Shown: piece after piece, positions 59,090-64,000 of the stretch
How positions within the stretch are numbered: position 1 is the stretch's first letter
Layout of the letters: the number at the start of each line of letters is the position of its first letter
IMG/VR virus record: IMGVR_UViG_3300032116_000017
Strand: one strand, 5' to 3'
Origin: an uncultured virus (IMG/VR IMGVR_UViG_3300032116_000017)
Lineage: Duplodnaviria; Heunggongvirae; Uroviricota; Caudoviricetes
DNA: 64,000 nucleotides
Translations under genes and position numbers: made by a program
The notes under the pieces: generated by a model
What the model was told of the DNA's origin: nothing
What the model saw: the letters and a program-made list of their open reading frames with translations, nothing else
Database searches by the model: none

Positions 59090-59467
59090 ATGGTTACAAA
59101 AGAAATTAAACAATTTGTTATTACTCAGATGAAAGAGGCTGATTGGGAGGTTGAGAAATTCGATGGCTTAAATGAATACAAATCTAAACATATCAACATA
59201 CAACAAGACACTACTATTAGTCAAAAGGTTACTTTTCTAATAAAGATACCCAATGGTCATGGTAGCTATCAAAATCTTAAATTAAACCGTAAGGAGTTAG
59301 GAATAAATTATCTACGATACAGATTTTTATTAAAAGGTGTAAAGAGGTCTTGTAAATTAGTTGATAATCGTAGAAGAGAAGCTGAGATTTCTCGCAATTG
59401 GAAAAAATTCTTAGAAAAAAATAAAGATCTTAATAGGGATAATAAAATAAACCAAATTATAGATTAA
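59090..59467 (+). CDS. Hypothetical protein with C-terminal motif
   Basis: Ends LNRDNKINQIID; TATATTTG at 59066-59073. Confidence 0.7.
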   Translation: MVTKEIKQFVITQMKEADWEVEKFDGLNEYKSKHINIQQDTTISQKVTFLIKIPNGHGSYQNLKLNRKELGINYLRYRFLLKGVKRSCKLVDNRRREAEISRNWKKFLEKNKDLNRDNKINQIID

Positions 59468-60585
59468 TGAAACAGGAATTATTTAATCTTATTGAACAAA
59501 AATCACCAGGTGCTAAACCGCTATATCTTGTTGTTCGTGGTTCTCATGCTTATGGAACTAACATTGAAACTTCAGATACTGATTACGCTGGAGTTTTTAT
59601 TCAGTCTCAAAATGATATTTTAGGAAATACTTACAAAGAACAAATAAATGATGATAATAATGATATTGTTATTTATGAAATTCGTAGATTTTTAGAACTT
59701 TTAGGATCAAACAATCCAACTGTTTTAGAACTTCTTAATACACCAGAAGATTGTGTGGTTTATAAAGACCCTATCTTTGATATGGTTTTAGAAAACCGTG
59801 ATAATTTCATCACTAAGATTTGTGCTAAGTCTTTTGGTGGTTATGCAAAACAACAGATAAGTAAGGCACGAGGTCAAGATAAAAAACAAAACTGGGAGAA
59901 AGATAAAGTTACTCGCAAAACTCCTTTAGATTTCTGCTATATTCACCGTGGTGAAAAATCAATTCCACTTGTGAGCTTTATGGAAGAAAAAGGCATGGAT
60001 CAGAGATTTTGTGGTTTATCTAATGTTCCACATAGTAGAGATACTTATGCTCTTTTCTATGACTTTAAAGAAGAAGAAACTGATGGTGAAATTAAAAATT
60101 TAGGATTTAAAGGTATCGCATTTGAAGATTCTAATCAAGTTAGATTATCATCCATTCCTATAGATACTCCTAAAAACTATTTTATCGGACACGTTTCTTA
60201 TAACAAAGATGGATATTCACAACATTGTAAAGATTATAAATCTTATCAAGAATGGTTAGAAAATCGTAACTTATCACGTTGGGTAGATGTTCAATCTCAT
60301 GGTCAAAAAATTGACGGTAAGAATATGATGCACTGTAAACGTCTAATGGAAATGGCAAAAGAGATTGGACAAGGAAAAGGTATTATTGTAAGACGACCAA
60401 ATGCACAAGAACTCATTGCAATTCGAAAAGGTGATGTTGATCTACAAACTTTAATTGATTCTGTTGAAGACGAAATAAAAGAAGTTGATAAAATTTTTGA
60501 AGACTCAAATCTTCCTGATAAAATTGATGAAAATTTTATAAATAATCTGATTATTAAAATAAGAAAACAAATATATAAGATATGA
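59467..60585 (+). CDS. Pol-beta-superfamily nucleotidyltransferase (RlaP/YcgL-like)
   Basis: GSHAYGTNIETSDTD.AGVF, NNPTVLELL, GYAKQQ, KNMMHC.RL. Confidence 0.82.
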   Translation: MKQELFNLIEQKSPGAKPLYLVVRGSHAYGTNIETSDTDYAGVFIQSQNDILGNTYKEQINDDNNDIVIYEIRRFLELLGSNNPTVLELLNTPEDCVVYKDPIFDMVLENRDNFITKICAKSFGGYAKQQISKARGQDKKQNWEKDKVTRKTPLDFCYIHRGEKSIPLVSFMEEKGMDQRFCGLSNVPHSRDTYALFYDFKEEETDGEIKNLGFKGIAFEDSNQVRLSSIPIDTPKNYFIGHVSYNKDGYSQHCKDYKSYQEWLENRNLSRWVDVQSHGQKIDGKNMMHCKRLMEMAKEIGQGKGIIVRRPNAQELIAIRKGDVDLQTLIDSVEDEIKEVDKIFEDSNLPDKIDENFINNLIIKIRKQIYKI

Positions 60586-61205
60586 TATTATACTTAATTT
60601 TAGTATTTTTAATTGGTGTGTCTGTTGGTGGATATTTATCAAAAAAACTAGCTATTAAAGCACTTAAGTTAGAAAATGAACGACACAACTTAGAGAAAAA
60701 AAATCAATTTTTAGAAGTTCTGTCTAAAATTAAAACTGGAAAATCTAAATTCAAAACTAGAGTTAATGATACAGTTTATATCGAAGTTGAATTAGAAAAT
60801 TTAGGACAAATTGATGTAATTTATCTTATGGATAAAAATGATATTGCTCTTTTTAAAGAAGCTAAGTGTTTAAATACGTCTGATAGCATTCAATCGGAAA
60901 TTATTACAGAAATAATCGCAAATATTTACAGAATTTATAATCAAAAAATTAATGACATTGTTGAAATACTTGGTTTTACTTTTTACAGAGAAGAGTTTGA
61001 AAGAACTTTTAGAGTGAAAGCTGATGATCTAAAAAAAGTATTCGATCCAGTTATTGAATCCGAAGTTGATCAAATAAATATCGAAAACCAAAAGAAATTT
61101 GACATAGATGATATCTTAGATAAAATATCAGCAACTGGAATTGCATCACTTACAATAGAAGAAAGAATTTTTCTAGATAATTACTCAAATGAAAAGAGAA
61201 ATTAA
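60582..61205 (+). CDS. Membrane-anchored protein with a short C-terminal helical domain
   Basis: N-terminal TM; ends IDDILDKISATGIASLTIEERIFL. Confidence 0.7.
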   Translation: MILYLILVFLIGVSVGGYLSKKLAIKALKLENERHNLEKKNQFLEVLSKIKTGKSKFKTRVNDTVYIEVELENLGQIDVIYLMDKNDIALFKEAKCLNTSDSIQSEIITEIIANIYRIYNQKINDIVEILGFTFYREEFERTFRVKADDLKKVFDPVIESEVDQINIENQKKFDIDDILDKISATGIASLTIEERIFLDNYSNEKRN

Positions 61206-61518
61206 CGTTAGTCCCTGGAAACACATAACCACTACTCATAAAATTGAACATCACACACTTGATGAAATATTCACCATTCTAATTGAAAAGGATGGTGAAT
61301 ATTCTTTTATTGTTGAGGAATGTCAAAAGGTGTTTGATGTTTCACAAATGCCAATTTATATTAAAGAAGATTGGATAAAATATAATAAAAAATCCGTATC
61401 TTTGTCATTACTTAATGAACAGATTAAAAAATTGACAAATGATTTTGATCAATTTGAAGAAGAGTTGAATTTGTTAAAATCGTTAAGAAGAGATTTAATA
61501 ATTAAAGGAATAATATGA
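61189..61518 (+). CDS. Hypothetical protein with C-terminal motif
   Basis: Ends LRRDLIIKGII. Confidence 0.65.
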   Translation: MKREINVSPWKHITTTHKIEHHTLDEIFTILIEKDGEYSFIVEECQKVFDVSQMPIYIKEDWIKYNKKSVSLSLLNEQIKKLTNDFDQFEEELNLLKSLRRDLIIKGII

Positions 61519-61697
61519 AAGATTTATTTAAAAGAAAACCACGTAAGATAGAAGATGATTTTGCTCCGGTTGGAACAAAGGATTGTGAAATGAAATGTGA
61601 GAGAGGTGTTATTATGACCAAAGAAGGACACGTAATTGTATGTCATGGTTGTAAAAGAATTATTATGGACAATCGTGATAAAAATGAACTGTGTTAA
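61515..61697 (+). CDS. Small Cys-containing (zinc-ribbon-like) protein
   Basis: CEMKC...CHGC. Confidence 0.55.
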   Translation: MKDLFKRKPRKIEDDFAPVGTKDCEMKCERGVIMTKEGHVIVCHGCKRIIMDNRDKNELC

Positions 61698-62241
61698 AAA
61701 AATAATAATTATTAATTTAGCGGTTTTTGGTGTATGTCATATCTTCAATTTTTGGGGATTACATTTGGAAAATCTGTTTGCTCTTTATCCTGTTAATACA
61801 GGATATTTTAGTTTTTATCAGTTAGTAACGCATCTTTTTATACATGCAAATCCTGAACATCTATTTTTTAATATGTTGTTTTTTTTAATTGCTGGCATTG
61901 AAGTTGAAGAATATTTTGGTAAGAAATTTTTAAGTTTTTATTTACTATCTGGGATTTTTAGTTCTGGTTTATATTGCTTAGGATCTAATGGTGGTATTAT
62001 TGGGGCATCTGGTGCTGTTTTTTCAGTTTTAACAGTTTTTACTATTCTTACTATTAGAAATGAAAATTTCAAACATTCAATTCATTTAAAAATAAAATCA
62101 TTTTTTTATATTTTTTTTATCTTAATTGAACTTTATAATGCTGTTTCATTTCCAAATGATAATATTGGTCACTGGTCTCATATATTTGGTGTTATATTTG
62201 GTACAATTTTCTACATACATCATAAAAAAAGTCTCTCTTAA
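61684..62241 (+). CDS. Rhomboid intramembrane serine protease
   Basis: THLFIHA..HLFFNM, catalytic GASGA, GHWSHIFG; likely start MNCVKK. Confidence 0.9.
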   Translation: MNCVKKIIIINLAVFGVCHIFNFWGLHLENLFALYPVNTGYFSFYQLVTHLFIHANPEHLFFNMLFFLIAGIEVEEYFGKKFLSFYLLSGIFSSGLYCLGSNGGIIGASGAVFSVLTVFTILTIRNENFKHSIHLKIKSFFYIFFILIELYNAVSFPNDNIGHWSHIFGVIFGTIFYIHHKKSLS

Positions 62242-62255
62242 AAAAGAGAGACTTT
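62226..62255. terminator. Terminator between convergent genes
   Basis: AAAGTCTCTCTT/AAGAGAGACTTT inverted repeat. Confidence 0.7.
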
Positions 62256-62286
62256 AAAAAATACTATTAAGGGTGTTAAGTATTTT

Positions 62287-62388
62287 TTACCATGGTCTAA
62301 CTAAACTGTAACCAATCATCGTAAAAGCTAAAGTGGTTATTATTATCAGACTGATTAATATTAAATCGATTTTTATATTTTTTTGCAT
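62287..62388 (-). CDS. Small single-TM peptide (33 aa)
   Basis: MQKNIKIDLILISLIIITTLAFTMIGYSLVRPW directly downstream of the subtilase. Confidence 0.4.
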   Translation of the reverse strand: MQKNIKIDLILISLIIITTLAFTMIGYSLVRPW

Positions 62389-62390
62389 TT

Positions 62391-63953
62391 TTATTGAATT
62401 ATTATTTTTATAGTTTTATTTTGATTTATTAAGTAATACTGACCCGGAGTACTGATACTAACAATTATATCATTTGATCTAATTTCTGTAACTAAACTTC
62501 CGACACTATCAAATATTTTTGAATCTGATGGTAAATTTGCTATATTAAAAATGCCATTGTTAGGATTCGGATATACACTAAATTCAGAGTCACTTAAAGT
62601 ATTAAAATGATTACCGTTATTACCCTGTCCATTGCCATTATTAGAATTAGAATTATTATTGATTACTCCGTTTTGACTTCCTAATTGTGAATTGTCATAC
62701 CCTGGATTAGAAGGATCGAATCCGTCGCTATTTCCGTGTCCATTATTATTGTCATTATCTATAACCAAAGTCATTTCATAAGCAATTCTTACTGCTTCTG
62801 CTGAGTTTAATCTACCAGAACCCAACTTTCCTAAATATTGTGGATTTATTGAATAAATATCCACAGCTGTTATTCTAAGAATAGAATCAATTTCTGAATT
62901 TGTAATATTTGGATTCACTGATAACATAAGAGCAATTGTACCAGATACATAAGGAGCAGCAAAAGAGGTTCCGGATGAATATGAATACCAACCCGGTGCA
63001 GCACTTAGTGGAACATTGTAACCAGGTGCGCAAATATCCACAGTTGAATTATGTTGATGTGTTGATCCATTTTGAGAAATATGACTATCATTTTGACCAA
63101 CACTAGTAACTGAAAAAACGTGGTTGTAAGCGGCTGGATAAACTAAGTTATCAGGTCCACCACAAGTTGAGCCATTGCCAGCAGATGCTACTATAAATGT
63201 TCCGTTATTCCATACTTCGTCTATTGCTAATTGAGCGTAATAGTTATATGTGCAACCAGAAGCCCAACTCAGATTTATTACTTTATAACCATTATAAGAT
63301 GCTTTTAACATATCATTATAATTCATTCTAAAAAGACCAAGTGAAGAATTATATCCAATTGAACTTATTCCTGTTGAGTTATTAGTATTCCCAGCAGCTG
63401 TAATTGCAACAGCTGTTCCGTGTGTTTTTGTAGATGTATTTGTAACATCATAGTATTTTACTTTTCCTACTAATTCTTCGTGATTTTGATAGAAGTTTTG
63501 GTCTGAAATAGCTATTCTAACAGATGTATCACCGGTAGTATAAGACCAGGCGCCTTCGGCATTTATTAAACTAAGTGCCCAGTTATTAGAGAAAGAAGAT
63601 GTGTAATCGTTAGGAAGTTCTAAAGTCTCAAATTTAGGAGCGATTTCAACCTTAGAGACTACAGTCGATTTGTTTGTAAGATTTTGTAATAATTCTACTT
63701 CATTACAGTTACAATCTATTTGATAAACATTTTGTAATTTTTGATTTTTAGAGTCAGGAAATACTTTTTGAACATTTGTAATTTGGTATGTTTCTAAAAC
63801 AGAGTTTAATTCTTGATTTTGAGAATACAATTTATCACCTCTCATTTGTGGTACATTTTGGGACTCATTAATTGTCATCCAAACTGAATTTTGAGCCATT
63901 AAGTTTACACTTACTATTAAGATTGATGTGATAAGTAGAATTAATTTTTTCAT
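62391..63953 (-). CDS. Secreted S8 subtilisin-like protease with T9SS-type C-terminal sorting domain
   Basis: Signal peptide; catalytic D (IAISD), H (THGTAVA), N (SAGN), S (GTSFAAP); Asn/Gly linker; SVYPNP...IFD..G...GQYYL...KIIIQ. Confidence 0.88.
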   Translation of the reverse strand: MKKLILLITSILIVSVNLMAQNSVWMTINESQNVPQMRGDKLYSQNQELNSVLETYQITNVQKVFPDSKNQKLQNVYQIDCNCNEVELLQNLTNKSTVVSKVEIAPKFETLELPNDYTSSFSNNWALSLINAEGAWSYTTGDTSVRIAISDQNFYQNHEELVGKVKYYDVTNTSTKTHGTAVAITAAGNTNNSTGISSIGYNSSLGLFRMNYNDMLKASYNGYKVINLSWASGCTYNYYAQLAIDEVWNNGTFIVASAGNGSTCGGPDNLVYPAAYNHVFSVTSVGQNDSHISQNGSTHQHNSTVDICAPGYNVPLSAAPGWYSYSSGTSFAAPYVSGTIALMLSVNPNITNSEIDSILRITAVDIYSINPQYLGKLGSGRLNSAEAVRIAYEMTLVIDNDNNNGHGNSDGFDPSNPGYDNSQLGSQNGVINNNSNSNNGNGQGNNGNHFNTLSDSEFSVYPNPNNGIFNIANLPSDSKIFDSVGSLVTEIRSNDIIVSISTPGQYYLINQNKTIKIIIQ

Positions 63954-64000
63954 AACATTTTTTGTTTTTTTGTTTTATAATTTATATAGTTAGATACTAC

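Noticed and set aside
62600..62760. Asn/Gly-rich low-complexity DNA as a repeat element
   Set aside because: It is the coding linker between the S8 domain and the CTD.
1..64000. Interpretation as a bacterial chromosome or a eukaryotic giant virus
   Set aside because: The gp13-like neck protein, T4-style topoisomerase/Rnl1/RNase H, endolysin and many ORFans indicate a phage. Bacterial-type NusG, GrpE and promoters argue against an NCLDV.
1..64000. Alternative genetic code (TAG or TGA recoding)
   Set aside because: Conserved genes are full length in code 11, and both TAG (25534, 29139) and TGA (ATGA overlaps) end genes at tight junctions.
1..64000. CRISPR array, tRNA or rRNA genes
   Set aside because: No repeat-spacer periodicity and no cloverleaf or T-loop signature seen; intergenic gaps are short. 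Not verified with tRNAscan.

Overview
An AT-rich, densely coded 64-kb segment of a large (jumbo/mega-type) T4-like tailed phage, read in the standard genetic code. Phage evidence: a gp13-like neck protein, split gp39/60- and gp52-type topoisomerase II, an Rnl1-type RNA ligase, RNase H/FEN, NrdB, an endolysin and free-standing endonucleases. The host is inferred to be Bacteroidota (Flavobacteria-like) from repeated TAnnTTTG promoter boxes and a T9SS-type C-terminal domain. Host-like genes are abundant: dnaK, dnaJ, grpE, nusG, prkA/yeaH/spoVR, uvsE, guaC-like, murI, a sensor kinase, a PlcP-like phosphoesterase next to a glycosyltransferase, a rhomboid and a subtilase. The most striking feature is two apparent peptide address systems. 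(1) About 28 unrelated ORFs begin with an MK(Y/H)(L/I)K(T/S)(Y/F)xxF(N)E(S) peptide resembling the T4 capsid-targeting sequence. These genes mostly lie behind a TAATATATA promoter-like motif, and several are polyproteins with internal KTNES/LNE junctions. They include an Acb1-like 2H phosphodiesterase fused to a DEDD exonuclease, the RNA ligase, MurI, and GNAT-, ART- and RNase-like proteins. (2) About 14 small ORFs end in an R(D/E/K)xK(I/L)xx(I/L)(F/L/I) motif. Two candidate structured non-coding RNAs were also seen. All family assignments come from motif recognition by eye; no database searches were run.
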